This document shows positions 54,786 through 63,775 of a stretch of 64,000 nucleotides of DNA, one piece after another (within the stretch, counting starts at the first letter, position 1; every line of letters begins with the position of its first letter). Made by a program: the position numbers and the translations under genes. The notes under the pieces are model-generated. The model was not told where the DNA came from. It saw only the letters and a program-made list of their open reading frames with translations, and ran no database searches. The stretch is from an uncultured delta proteobacterium (GTDB lineage Bacteria; Myxococcota_A; Polyangia; Haliangiales; Haliangiaceae), in NCBI GenBank assembly GCA_963848295.1, contig CAWKDB010000010.1:1344001-1408000 (forward strand), given 5' to 3'.

Positions 54786-55364
54786 ATGACCTCCACCGCG
54801 TGCACCGCCGAGCTCGAGCACGCGACGCTCGCCCCGCCCGGCCACAGCATGCGGGTGCTCGGGGTGTCGCTGCTCGAGGGCGTCGCGTACGTCTGCGAGG
54901 AGCTCGATCCCGGCGAACCGCCGATCGCGTACCGCCTGTTCTTGCGCGGCGCGCGCGCTGGCTACCTCGTGCCGATCCACGCGTGGTACGAGCACTGCGG
55001 CCCGTCCGACGAGGTTCGCGCCCGGGTCGCCGCCGTCGGTTCCACGCTCGAGCCGGTCGTCAAGATCACGACCGAGGCATGGATGCTGTCGACCCGCGTC
55101 GTGCAACGCCGCGCGCTCCGCGTCGCCGGCCAGGCCGTGCCGATCCGAAAGTTCGCGCTCCAACTCGCGGTCGACCCGGTCAGCGGCCATGGCCCTTTCG
55201 GCCGCACCACGGTGACCGCGTTCCTGAGGCCGAATGCCACGCTGCTCGACGTCTGGGCGGTCCCCGGCGACGCGACCTTGGCGATCGCGCGCGTCTCGTA
55301 CACCGGCATCCCGAGCGGCGTCGGACTCACCAAAGATACCGTCGTGCTGCTCGCCCAAGCGTGA
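54786..55364 (+). CDS. Hypothetical protein (alternative start 54711)
   Basis: 3' part of ORF 53796-55364 with normal protein composition. Confidence 0.6.
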   Translation: MTSTACTAELEHATLAPPGHSMRVLGVSLLEGVAYVCEELDPGEPPIAYRLFLRGARAGYLVPIHAWYEHCGPSDEVRARVAAVGSTLEPVVKITTEAWMLSTRVVQRRALRVAGQAVPIRKFALQLAVDPVSGHGPFGRTTVTAFLRPNATLLDVWAVPGDATLAIARVSYTGIPSGVGLTKDTVVLLAQA

Positions 55365-55383
55365 CGGAGATCGCCAAGGCTCG

Positions 55384-55923
55384 TCACCGGGTGAGCGTGT
55401 CGCAATCGATCAGCTTGAGCTCGACCGGATCACCGTGTTCGTCCGGCCCCGAGCTGGAGGTGGATTCGGTCTGCGATGTCAGGCCTCCGGATGACATCGC
55501 GAACGTCGTGGTGCTCGTATCACCCGAGCGCGCGTCGGTGCGCTTGATCGTCCACGACGTCCACTGCCACGGCGGTCCTTCGAGCTTGCCTTCGGCGCCG
55601 ACCCCGTCGTGGGTGGTGACCTTCGTCAGCGTGTCGAGCTTCACGCCGTGGACCGAGAACATTTCGGTCGACGGGCGCTGGCCTTTCGCGAGTCGGACGA
55701 GCGCGATCGTCCGGTGCGTGGGATCGAGCGTGATGCGAAGGGCGTCCTCGGGACGGGCCGTCGCGCGATAGCACGTCGTGGTCGGCGCGATCTGCGCCGG
55801 GCGAGCGAGCGCAGCGGATGGGGACGTCGCGCCAGCAGCGGGTTGTCCATGGTCGCTCGATGTCGGCTGCGACGAGCTCGAGCAGCCGACGACCGCGATT
55901 ACGCACACCCATGTGCCGTGCAC
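55384..55923 (-). CDS. Hypothetical lipoprotein
   Basis: Lipobox VVGC and a Ser/Pro linker; TAGGAT hexamer 6 nt before the GTG. Confidence 0.65.
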   Translation of the reverse strand: MHGTWVCVIAVVGCSSSSQPTSSDHGQPAAGATSPSAALARPAQIAPTTTCYRATARPEDALRITLDPTHRTIALVRLAKGQRPSTEMFSVHGVKLDTLTKVTTHDGVGAEGKLEGPPWQWTSWTIKRTDARSGDTSTTTFAMSSGGLTSQTESTSSSGPDEHGDPVELKLIDCDTLTR

Positions 55924-56010
55924 GGCGTCATCCTAACACCCGAGGTGCGCGCCGGATCGGCCGTCCCACGGGACGTAGTGTGGCGGCGTCAGGCCGCGTA
56001 AGGTGCGTGC

Positions 56011-56229
56011 ATGCGATCCTCGGTCCTGTTGTCGGCGCTGATCGTGGCGACCTCGGCGCGCGACCTCGGCGCGAATGGCCGGCCGCCGGAGATCGTATCG
56101 ATCCACTTCCGGTCGGGCCATGCCGACATCGTCATGGGCGCGACGTTCGGGGTCGTGCTCAGCCGAGATGGCGGCTCGAGCTGGCAGGAGCAGATCGCGG
56201 ATCCTGCGATTACCGAGTGTGGGATCTGA
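56011..56229 (+). pseudogene. Truncated secreted Asp-box/BNR beta-propeller protein
   Basis: Signal peptide, ANGRPP...ATFGVVLSRDGGSSW, and a stop after a single Asp-box. Confidence 0.55.
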
Positions 56230-56243
56230 CGCTACAGGCCGGC

Positions 56244-56816
56244 TCACCACATCTGGAGCGCGCAGCCCAGCGTCTTGCCCTCGGGCCGGCGCGGCGGCCG
56301 ACCAGCGGTGAGATCGTCGAGCGCATCGGCGAGAAACGGGGTCGCGTCGGCACGTAGGTGCGACTTGTCCGCGTCGATACCACCGCGATAACGAATCTGG
56401 CCCGCCGAGTCGACGACCACCGAGTAGGTCGCGTAGACGGCGCCGAGCAAGGTCGCGAGCTTCGCCCCGGGATCGAGCAAGATCGGCGCGGGAAGCTTGC
56501 GCGCCTGTACCTCGTGGGCGTCTTCGTCCATCGTTCGACCGATTTCCGGATCGACGAACACGAACCGGACGCCACGCGGACTGAACTTGTCGACCAGTGC
56601 GCGCAGCCGTGGCTCGTGCGCGCCGAAGCACAAACAGTCCTTCGAGAAGAACACGAACACCGTGAACGGGGCGGCGGCCAGGTCGCGTGGATAACTCTCG
56701 ACCGCACCGGAGGTGGCGGTGAGCGTGAGGCTCGGCCAGTCGCCGGGCGCGATCGGCTTGGGCGTCGAAACACACGCGCCGAGCGCCAGACCCAACGCGA
56801 CCGATGTCCACTTCAT
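56244..56816 (-). CDS. Redoxin (thioredoxin-fold) lipoprotein
   Basis: Lipobox LGAC, VFVFFSKDCLC, LLDPG, IRYRGGID, C-terminal GC. Confidence 0.8.
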   Translation of the reverse strand: MKWTSVALGLALGACVSTPKPIAPGDWPSLTLTATSGAVESYPRDLAAAPFTVFVFFSKDCLCFGAHEPRLRALVDKFSPRGVRFVFVDPEIGRTMDEDAHEVQARKLPAPILLDPGAKLATLLGAVYATYSVVVDSAGQIRYRGGIDADKSHLRADATPFLADALDDLTAGRPPRRPEGKTLGCALQMW

Positions 56817-57721
56817 AGCCATGCGTAGATCACCGTGACAGTGGCAGCGACGCCCGCAACGGATTGGTTGGCTCCGAATGCCGAGAGCGGAGGATCGACC
56901 GTCAGGGCACCCTGTAACCTTAGCCGATCGCTGAGCGGCCTGACGCCCGAGATACTAAACGCGATCAACCTGCGATGTGTGCTCGGTTCGGTCACCCCGT
57001 CGATCTTCGCGTCGCCTTCGGCGGTAAACGATCCGGACAGCGCGATCGCGGTCTCCGAACGAAACGTGTAGGCGCCGACGAGCAGCGCAGTCCACTGCGT
57101 CGCGAGTGCCTCGGTGACGCCCTGCGCGGTTCGGTCCGCGCGCTTGGCGACGAGCCCGGTCGCGCCGACCAGCCAAGGCCCGATCGCTTTCTCGAGCGAG
57201 ATCCCGAAATTCGCCTGGTACGTCCCGACACCGGTCGCGTCGGTCGCGAGCGGCTTGGTCGCCGACTCGGGCGGCGTTCCGGTCGGGAACGTGACGCCCG
57301 CGAGCACCGCGATCCCGGGCGCATAGCGCGCCTCGGCCGCGTAGATAAAGTCATAGCGCACGCTCGCGTTGACGTCGCCGATGCCGCCGCCGAGCTCGGA
57401 GTCGGTCGTCGTCTTGCGCCAAGTCTCGACAAGCGGGACGAGCAACGCGGCTTGGCCCCGTGACAACACGCGGACCGCGCCGAACAGATCCTGCTCGAGA
57501 TCGACCTCCGAGGCGCCCGAGGGCATCGCGACGAACGTCCCCGTCGGATCGAAGGAACCGTACCCGTCGGTGAAGCGCGCGTCCGTCCCGACGAGCGCAT
57601 CCTCGTGCAGGGCAAGTCGGCCCGGCGTCACGGCGCTCGACCCGGCACAGCACGCTTGCGCGCGCGCCAGCGCTGGCGCGCCGACTAGTACGGCCAGCAC
57701 GGCCAGCGCGGCCACACCCAC
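56813..57721 (-). CDS. Outer-membrane beta-barrel/transporter with N-terminal Cys-Cys
   Basis: Signal peptide then QACCAG, GGIGDV..S.RY, FPTG, ATG.G and amphipathic strands. Confidence 0.7.
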   Translation of the reverse strand: MGVAALAVLAVLVGAPALARAQACCAGSSAVTPGRLALHEDALVGTDARFTDGYGSFDPTGTFVAMPSGASEVDLEQDLFGAVRVLSRGQAALLVPLVETWRKTTTDSELGGGIGDVNASVRYDFIYAAEARYAPGIAVLAGVTFPTGTPPESATKPLATDATGVGTYQANFGISLEKAIGPWLVGATGLVAKRADRTAQGVTEALATQWTALLVGAYTFRSETAIALSGSFTAEGDAKIDGVTEPSTHRRLIAFSISGVRPLSDRLRLQGALTVDPPLSAFGANQSVAGVAATVTVIYAWL

Positions 57722-57724
57722 GGT

Positions 57725-58162
57725 TTACTGGACCTGTAGCGAAGGCGCCACGTACGCGGGCAAAGACGCGATCGTCGTCCGTAGCTCCCACGAGCCCGCC
57801 ATGAACAAGTCGAGGTCATCGATCTGGTAAGCGCCTTCCCCGAGCGCGGTGACGACCGGCGTGATCGCGGTGCCGTGTCCCATCGCCGGCATCCACGGGA
57901 CGATGCTCAGCGCGAGTCCATCGACCGGCGAAGCATCGCTCGCGGTCGTGACGATGTACTGCATCGAGTGATTGCCGCGGGTCAGCTGCGGTTCGTGAGC
58001 GAGGACCGCGACCGTGTAGCCACCGTCGCTGGCCTCAGCGACTTGCACGAGCGGCCCGTCGTCGATGCCGGTGCCGTCAGACGTGCATGCCCCGAGTGCC
58101 AGCGCGGCCGCAACAACGTGTCGCGCAGCACACAGCGTCGAGCGCGGAGCGAGCGGCAACAT
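57725..58162 (-). CDS. YtkA/FixH-like lipoprotein
   Basis: Lipobox LGAC, PWMPAMGHG, G.Y, LFMAGSWE. Confidence 0.8.
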   Translation of the reverse strand: MLPLAPRSTLCAARHVVAAALALGACTSDGTGIDDGPLVQVAEASDGGYTVAVLAHEPQLTRGNHSMQYIVTTASDASPVDGLALSIVPWMPAMGHGTAITPVVTALGEGAYQIDDLDLFMAGSWELRTTIASLPAYVAPSLQVQ

Positions 58163-58197
58163 GCGTCGTGTATAGCCTAACCGACCACGCGTCACGC

Positions 58198-58214
58198 TGC
58201 GGTGAGTTTGCGCA
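58198..58214. promoter_or_regulatory. RegA/PrrA-like operator box 1
   Basis: TGCGGTGAGTTTGCGCA in the divergent intergenic region. Confidence 0.6.
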
Positions 58215-58244
58215 CCCCTCATCTCGACCTCGTCACGAACAGCG

Positions 58245-58261
58245 TGCGGTAAATTTTCGCA
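58245..58261. promoter_or_regulatory. RegA/PrrA-like operator box 2
   Basis: TGCGGTAAATTTTCGCA. Confidence 0.62.
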
Positions 58262-58311
58262 TCGGGGCTGTCGCATTGACACCGGTACGTTCGAGCTGAG
58301 CAAATGGCTGC

Positions 58312-58953
58312 GTGAAGAGCCAAACGATTCGGTCGATCGTAATTCCCCTTGCCACTCTCGTCGGCGCCGCCGGTGCCGCCGGTGTTCTGATCGTGAGCTG
58401 CAACAGCGATAGTGGGCCCGTCGGCGGCGATGTCGAAGGCGTGATGGACATGCACTGCATCGCGCCCGATGGCGGTTTGATCACGCAAACGACGAGCCAG
58501 AACGACTGCCAGTACCGTCCGCCGATCGACGCGCCTCTTGCGATCGATGCCCCGCCGCCCACCGCCGACGCGCCGCCCGATTTCGGCGCGACGATGTACA
58601 ACGCCACCGGCGACGACGACGATTGCAAGTACCACGTGGTCTGGACGTCGACCCCGATCCAGGAGAACAAGGACGTGTTCTTCACCGTGGTCGCCACCGT
58701 GAATGGCTCGAGCCCACCCGCGTCGGTCACCGGCGCGAACATCTACGCCGAGGTCTACTTGAGCTCGACGCACGAGGCGCCGCCGACCAACCAGAGTGCG
58801 AGCGAGATGCCGCCCGGCACCTACAAGGTCGGCCCGATCCGGTTCGATGCCCCCGGCAACTGGACCGTGCGGTTCCACCTGTTCGAGAACTGTCTCGACT
58901 ACGCGGATGATTCGCCGCACGGGCACGCCGCGTTCTACGTGGACGTGCCGTGA
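58312..58953 (+). CDS. YtkA/FixH-like Ig-fold lipoprotein
   Basis: Lipobox IVSC, DMHC, DAP linker, DDDCKY, PGTY.VGP..F..PGNWTVRFH, SPHGHAAF. Confidence 0.7.
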   Translation: MKSQTIRSIVIPLATLVGAAGAAGVLIVSCNSDSGPVGGDVEGVMDMHCIAPDGGLITQTTSQNDCQYRPPIDAPLAIDAPPPTADAPPDFGATMYNATGDDDDCKYHVVWTSTPIQENKDVFFTVVATVNGSSPPASVTGANIYAEVYLSSTHEAPPTNQSASEMPPGTYKVGPIRFDAPGNWTVRFHLFENCLDYADDSPHGHAAFYVDVP

Positions 58954-58954
58954 C

Positions 58955-59308
58955 GTGCAGCGCGTCGCAGTCGTAGTTGTGGTAGCGGTGTGCACGGCCT
59001 GGTTCGCATGTACGACGAGCCCGAATTGTCCTGCCGACGAACCGATGACGTGTCCGAGCCCGATGCCGAGCTACGCGAACGACGTGGCACCTCTGATCGG
59101 CAAGTACTGCGCGGTCAGCGGGTGCCATGTGCCCGACGGCTCGTCGGCGGATCAGCCGCTGAGCACGTATAGCGACCTGTACGACCGTCGGATCAATGCG
59201 CAGAACCAGATCTATCAGTGCCGGATGCCGTACAACCCACCGGATCCGACGCTCGACGAGCGCGTCACCTTGCTCGGCTGGTTCGTCTGCGGCGCACCGA
59301 ACAACTGA
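58955..59308 (+). CDS. Small cytochrome c-like lipoprotein with CX4CH
   Basis: PSY..DV.PL..KYCAVSGCH ... CRMP ... W..CGAP. Confidence 0.7.
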   Translation: MQRVAVVVVVAVCTAWFACTTSPNCPADEPMTCPSPMPSYANDVAPLIGKYCAVSGCHVPDGSSADQPLSTYSDLYDRRINAQNQIYQCRMPYNPPDPTLDERVTLLGWFVCGAPNN

Positions 59309-59321
59309 GCGGCGAGCTCGT

Positions 59322-59855
59322 CTAGCGCTTCACCGGAAACTTCGCGAGCTTGTACTGGAGCGTGCGGCGATGCACCCCGAGTGCTCGCGCCGCCATCGAG
59401 ACGTTGCCTCCGCACTCGCGCAGCACGCGCTCGATGTGCTCGCGCTCGAGCTTCGCCAGCGTCGGGATCTCGAACGCGGGACTCGCCGTGGCATCCGGAT
59501 CGAGATCGAACGCGGCGAGGATCTGATCCGCGTGTGCGGGCTTGGTCAAGTAGTTGCGGGCGCCGAGCCGGATCGCCTCGACCGCGGTCGCGATGCTCCC
59601 GTAACCGGTGAGCACGACGACCTCGGTCTCGGGCCGTAGCGCGAGCAAGTCCTGGAGCACGACGAGGCCGTGGCGCCCCGGCATGCGCAGGTCGATCACC
59701 GCCCGATCGATCACGCGCCGGCGCGCGAGCTCGATCGCCGCATCGTGATTCGCGGCGGAGAACGTTTCGTAGCCGCGATCCGCCAGCGCAGCGGTCAGGC
59801 GCTCGCGCAATCGGTCGTCGTCGTCGACCACGAGCATTGTCGGTCGCTCGCTCAT
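59322..59855 (-). CDS. RegA/PrrA/ActR-like response regulator
   Basis: VVDDD, VIDLRMP, LTGYGSIATAVEAIRLGA.NYL.KPA, EHI.RVL..CGGNVS.AAR.LG.HRRTLQ.KL. Confidence 0.93.
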   Translation of the reverse strand: MSERPTMLVVDDDDRLRERLTAALADRGYETFSAANHDAAIELARRRVIDRAVIDLRMPGRHGLVVLQDLLALRPETEVVVLTGYGSIATAVEAIRLGARNYLTKPAHADQILAAFDLDPDATASPAFEIPTLAKLEREHIERVLRECGGNVSMAARALGVHRRTLQYKLAKFPVKR

Positions 59856-61090
59856 CCGACCTCCGCCGGGAGACAGATCGTCGCACGGGTGCCGACGCCT
59901 GGCGTCGATTGGATCGTGAGCCGCCCGCCCCGGCTCTCGCAAAACGAGCGCGCGAGGAACACGCCGAGCCCCAAGCCCCGCCCGTCTCCCTTCGTCGTGA
60001 AGAACGGCGTCCCGATACGGGCCAGCACGTCGTCATCGATCCCGTCGCCGCGGTCCCGGACCTCGATCTCGATGCCGGCCTCACCGCCCAGCGTCACGAG
60101 CACGCGACCATCGCTGGCGTCGAGCGCGTTACCGACGAGCGCTGCGACCGCGTGCACGAGCTCGTCGCGCGGGATCGTGACCACGACCTCCGCGGAGGCG
60201 ACCTCGAAGTCGACGCGGTGCCCGCGGTCCTCGCCAAAGAGATCGCGGAGCCGCTCGGCGAGCTCGCCGAGGGTCAGCACCTCGTCAGACTCCGCCGAGT
60301 TGCTCGCGGCCATGCGCCCGAGGATGCTCTGGCACCGGCCGACCTCGAGTGCGATCAGCTCGAGATCGGCGACGATCGCCGACGCGCGCGCGCCGTCGGC
60401 GAAGTGGAGCTTCGCTTCGTGCGCCGCCACCGCGATCGTCGCGAGCGGGCTACCGAGCTCGTGCGCGGCCCCCGCGGCGAGCCGGGTCACCGCGGAGATC
60501 CGCTCCCTGCGTTCGCCGGCCTCGCGCAGCTGGGCGATCTGGTCGCGTTGCGACGAGATCGCGCCGGTGACCCGCGCCACGAAGAACGCGATCAGGATCG
60601 CCGCCAGGGCGAACGCGGCCCACATCGCCTGGAGGTGCATCCCGAAGCTGGAGCCACCGTGATGCATCATCGAGTGATCGGTCGACCCGACGAATAGCAG
60701 ACCAAACCCGGCGAGCGACAACGCCGCGATCGCTATGGTCCAGCGGGCACGCAGGACGATCGCGGAGAGCGTGATGTGCACGAGGTAGAGCACGGTGAAA
60801 GGATTCGCGGCGCCGCCGGATCCCATGAGCAACAGTGTGATCAGCGCTGTATCGAGTGCCATCGAGGCGCCGATCACCTCCGACCGCAGCCAGCGCCGCT
60901 TGGTGCGCGCGAACGACAGGGCCACGTTCGAGGCCGCCATGATCGCGATCTCGAGCCCGAGCGCGAACCAGTCGAGCGCGACGCCAAACCCATACGCGAT
61001 CGGTAGTGCGATCAGCTGGCCGGCGAGGAATGCCCAGCGCAATCTCACGAGCCACGGCAAGGTCACCGCGGGCTCGAGGTCGAACGTCAT
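59852..61090 (-). CDS. RegB/PrrB/ActS-like membrane sensor kinase
   Basis: WLVRLRW, SGG.ANPF, several TM helices, AAGAAHELGSPL.TI, NALDA, PFFTTK, GLGLGVFL. Confidence 0.92.
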   Translation of the reverse strand: MTFDLEPAVTLPWLVRLRWAFLAGQLIALPIAYGFGVALDWFALGLEIAIMAASNVALSFARTKRRWLRSEVIGASMALDTALITLLLMGSGGAANPFTVLYLVHITLSAIVLRARWTIAIAALSLAGFGLLFVGSTDHSMMHHGGSSFGMHLQAMWAAFALAAILIAFFVARVTGAISSQRDQIAQLREAGERRERISAVTRLAAGAAHELGSPLATIAVAAHEAKLHFADGARASAIVADLELIALEVGRCQSILGRMAASNSAESDEVLTLGELAERLRDLFGEDRGHRVDFEVASAEVVVTIPRDELVHAVAALVGNALDASDGRVLVTLGGEAGIEIEVRDRGDGIDDDVLARIGTPFFTTKGDGRGLGLGVFLARSFCESRGGRLTIQSTPGVGTRATICLPAEVG

Positions 61091-61137
61091 CGTCCTATCT
61101 TAGCGGCTTCGCTCGGCGCCCCCAGCACGTTGGACAC

Positions 61138-61154
61138 TGCGGCAATTTTGCGCG
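61138..61154. promoter_or_regulatory. RegA/PrrA-like operator box 3, upstream of the sensor kinase
   Basis: TGCGGCAATTTTGCGCG. Confidence 0.62.
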
Positions 61155-61173
61155 GTCCCAGAATTCGTCCAGC

Positions 61174-61656
61174 TCAGTCCGGCAGACAGAACTTGTAGAC
61201 GGCCGCGTCGTTGCCGGCGTCCGACTGCACGCTGATCGTCGTCTCCCAGTACCCCGGCATCCATAGATTGACCGGCGTCAGCTCGTAGTCGCCGTTACCG
61301 TCATCGGTGACCTGGACGACAATCGGGGAACCGTGGCCGTGATCGGGCATGTATGGAGTCGCTTCGACCGTCGCGCCCGCGACGGTCGAGCCGACGATGC
61401 CCTGCGCCATTGCCGAGACCTCGATCTGCCACGTGTTGTCGCCACGGGCCGGCGGCGCTGGATCGGCGGTCATCAGCTTGAAGTCCAGCATGCCCGCCCG
61501 CCCCTTGATCTCGAGCCCCGGCGTATACGGGGTCCAGCGGTTATCGGCGGCGCAATCGTAGGTCGCCCCGATCGAATCCGGGACCGCCATGCCCCCGTCG
61601 TGACAGCCCAAAGCCGCGGCCGGGAGAACTGCGAGCAAGAGGTGGATTGGGCGCAT
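61174..61656 (-). CDS. YtkA/FixH-like lipoprotein
   Basis: Lipobox ALGC, P.PPARGDN.W, PYMPDHGHG, NLWMPGYWE. Confidence 0.82.
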   Translation of the reverse strand: MRPIHLLLAVLPAAALGCHDGGMAVPDSIGATYDCAADNRWTPYTPGLEIKGRAGMLDFKLMTADPAPPARGDNTWQIEVSAMAQGIVGSTVAGATVEATPYMPDHGHGSPIVVQVTDDGNGDYELTPVNLWMPGYWETTISVQSDAGNDAAVYKFCLPD

Positions 61657-61810
61657 AAAGGTCCCTACGTCGGAGCTGACTCGAAGTTACCAGAGTACGA
61701 GCGGCGGATGACTTTAGTTTGCTCACCCCGGCTGACAGCCCGATGCAGCCGAACGTCTTGTATTCCGGCCAGGTCGAGCCACGCGCGGCATTTAGCCTCA
61801 CGCCGTGGCG

Positions 61811-63235
61811 TCAATCGGGGTTGCACGGCGTGTCGAGCGCGGATCCCGTCCCCATCGTCGCGCGGGTCCATGTGCGCTCGGTACCCTCGATATCGAGTGG
61901 CTGATCCATCGCAACAAACGACGGATCGAGGTCACCCGACGAGACGAGATCGTTCAGCACGCCATAGCTGTACGGGAGGATGCGCATCTTCGTCGTGATG
62001 TGGTCGACCATCGAAAAGTTCGCGATGTTGAACGTCGCGGTCGTCGAGTGATCTCCCATCAACGTGATCGCCACCTTGAGCGTCGGCGGAACCATCGCGG
62101 GCAGCTGAGTGTTCTCCGCGGCGACATCCCAGAAGAAGTGCGCCGGCGTCCCGTCGGATTTGTAGGTCCGATCCCAGAACCGATCACCGCCACTCGCGAG
62201 TTGTGGATCGGGATCGTCGGGGTCTTGCCCGGCCGGCACCGACGTGTCGAGCATGAGGTTGTTCGAGGCATCGAACGCTTGGACCTCGAGCCAAGCGCGA
62301 CGATCTTGTGCCGCGCCGGTCGGCCACGAGTGCCCGGGCCCGATCGAGACCATGCGCACGGTCAGCGTGCCGTCCGGGTTGAGGCAGATGCCGCCGGGAA
62401 TCGGCGGTCCGGTGATCGGTGTGGGCGAGATGATCGTGACCGCCGGGGCCAGGTCTCGCGCGATGTCCATCGCCATCACGTCGGTGTTCGGGAACGGCGT
62501 CAGCGCTTGATCGATGCCCGGCCAGACGTGCTCGTGGAATCCGTTCGTGCGCAGCGGCACATCCAGGCCAGGCTTGTCGGCGATCACATTCGTGCTCGAG
62601 ATCATGTGGCAGCCGGTGCACGTCAGCGGCAGGTGGTGCATGGGATCGTTGTTCGCGAACAGCGAGGCCTGCCACTCGGTATACGTCCGCTCGATCGGTA
62701 CGTTGTTCGGTGCGGGGGTGATGACGTCGTGACACGAGCCGCACATCGTCGAGTTGTTGGTCGCGGTCGCCATCATCGGATCGTTCAGCGAGTCGTGCGC
62801 TGGCGTGTGGACCGGGTTCGCAGCGCCGCCGCGCATGGTCTGGTCCAGCGCGAGCACGAGGCCGTTGTTGTGATCGGCCTGGATGGACTCGACGTCGTGG
62901 CAGAAGTAGCAGGTGATGCCGCGTGCTGCCGGCGGCAACGTCGTCGGATCGAAGTCGGTGCCGTCGGTCAGGCCGAGCGCGACCGCCATCGGCGCGTGAC
63001 ACTGCACGCAAAACGTGCCGAGCTGCGCTTCGCGTTGCCCGCGCTTGTTCATCGCGAGGAACACCGGATCGTCCGACGCGTACGCGTGCATCGATCCCGA
63101 CCACTGATCGTAGTGCGTCGGGTGGCAGGTCATACACGTGCCCGGGTCCTCGAGTTGTTCGATCGTGTCGAGCGGCGGATCGCTGCAAGCGGTCATCACG
63201 GAGACCACAGCAACGAACAAGACGGTGACCTTCAT
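61811..63235 (-). CDS. Multiheme c-type cytochrome lipoprotein (5 CxxCH)
   Basis: Lipobox MTAC; CMTCH..W.GS.H, CVQCH, CYFCH, CGSCH, CTGCH; GH.WPTG..DRR.W. Confidence 0.92.
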   Translation of the reverse strand: MKVTVLFVAVVSVMTACSDPPLDTIEQLEDPGTCMTCHPTHYDQWSGSMHAYASDDPVFLAMNKRGQREAQLGTFCVQCHAPMAVALGLTDGTDFDPTTLPPAARGITCYFCHDVESIQADHNNGLVLALDQTMRGGAANPVHTPAHDSLNDPMMATATNNSTMCGSCHDVITPAPNNVPIERTYTEWQASLFANNDPMHHLPLTCTGCHMISSTNVIADKPGLDVPLRTNGFHEHVWPGIDQALTPFPNTDVMAMDIARDLAPAVTIISPTPITGPPIPGGICLNPDGTLTVRMVSIGPGHSWPTGAAQDRRAWLEVQAFDASNNLMLDTSVPAGQDPDDPDPQLASGGDRFWDRTYKSDGTPAHFFWDVAAENTQLPAMVPPTLKVAITLMGDHSTTATFNIANFSMVDHITTKMRILPYSYGVLNDLVSSGDLDPSFVAMDQPLDIEGTERTWTRATMGTGSALDTPCNPD

Positions 63236-63672
63236 CGTGCGCTCCCACTGCCGGGCCCTGGAGCGCCAGCTTCGACCCATTGAATCAACGAGCAGCGCTC
63301 GGCCGCATCGAGTGCGTCGCCGATCGGCATCTGATAGTCGGCGCCGGGGGAGTCGGTGCGCACGATCATCAGGCTACATGAGGCGTCGCCTGGAACGACG
63401 CGTTTTCTCGACGGATCGATCGTCGAGTTATCGAGCAGACCGGCGTACGCGGTGGCCTCGTCGCCGAACGATAGACCCGCCTGATGACCCGCCGAGGAGT
63501 GGCATGACACCGCCTGAGAACCGCACGAATTCGTGAGGGTGAAGCTGTAGACGTTATCGAAGGTGGGCGAGTAGGCCGGTTTACAGGTCGTGTCCACTGT
63601 GATGCACGCGGGTGGCGACGACTTGACACAGCCGGCTGCAACCGCAAATACAGCGAGAGCCACTCCGCGCAT
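63232..63672 (-). CDS. Cytochrome c-like lipoprotein with CX6CH
   Basis: Lipobox AAGC, PTF..VY...L..SCGSQAVSCH, VVPGD...SL, QMP, I.QW...GA; ATGA overlap with the multiheme gene. Confidence 0.72.
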   Translation of the reverse strand: MRGVALAVFAVAAGCVKSSPPACITVDTTCKPAYSPTFDNVYSFTLTNSCGSQAVSCHSSAGHQAGLSFGDEATAYAGLLDNSTIDPSRKRVVPGDASCSLMIVRTDSPGADYQMPIGDALDAAERCSLIQWVEAGAPGPGSGSAR

Positions 63673-63775
63673 CCTGAAGTACTGTACCCGAGCGAACCCA
63701 CCACCGACGTGACGAAGCACGCTGCTGGGATGACACCTGCTCGCGGGTGCGACCTCGAGGACTCGGCCGCCGATT

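Noticed and set aside
61657..61810. Possible riboswitch or ncRNA in the intergenic gap
   Set aside because: No recognisable conserved RNA motif by eye; a covariance-model search would be needed.
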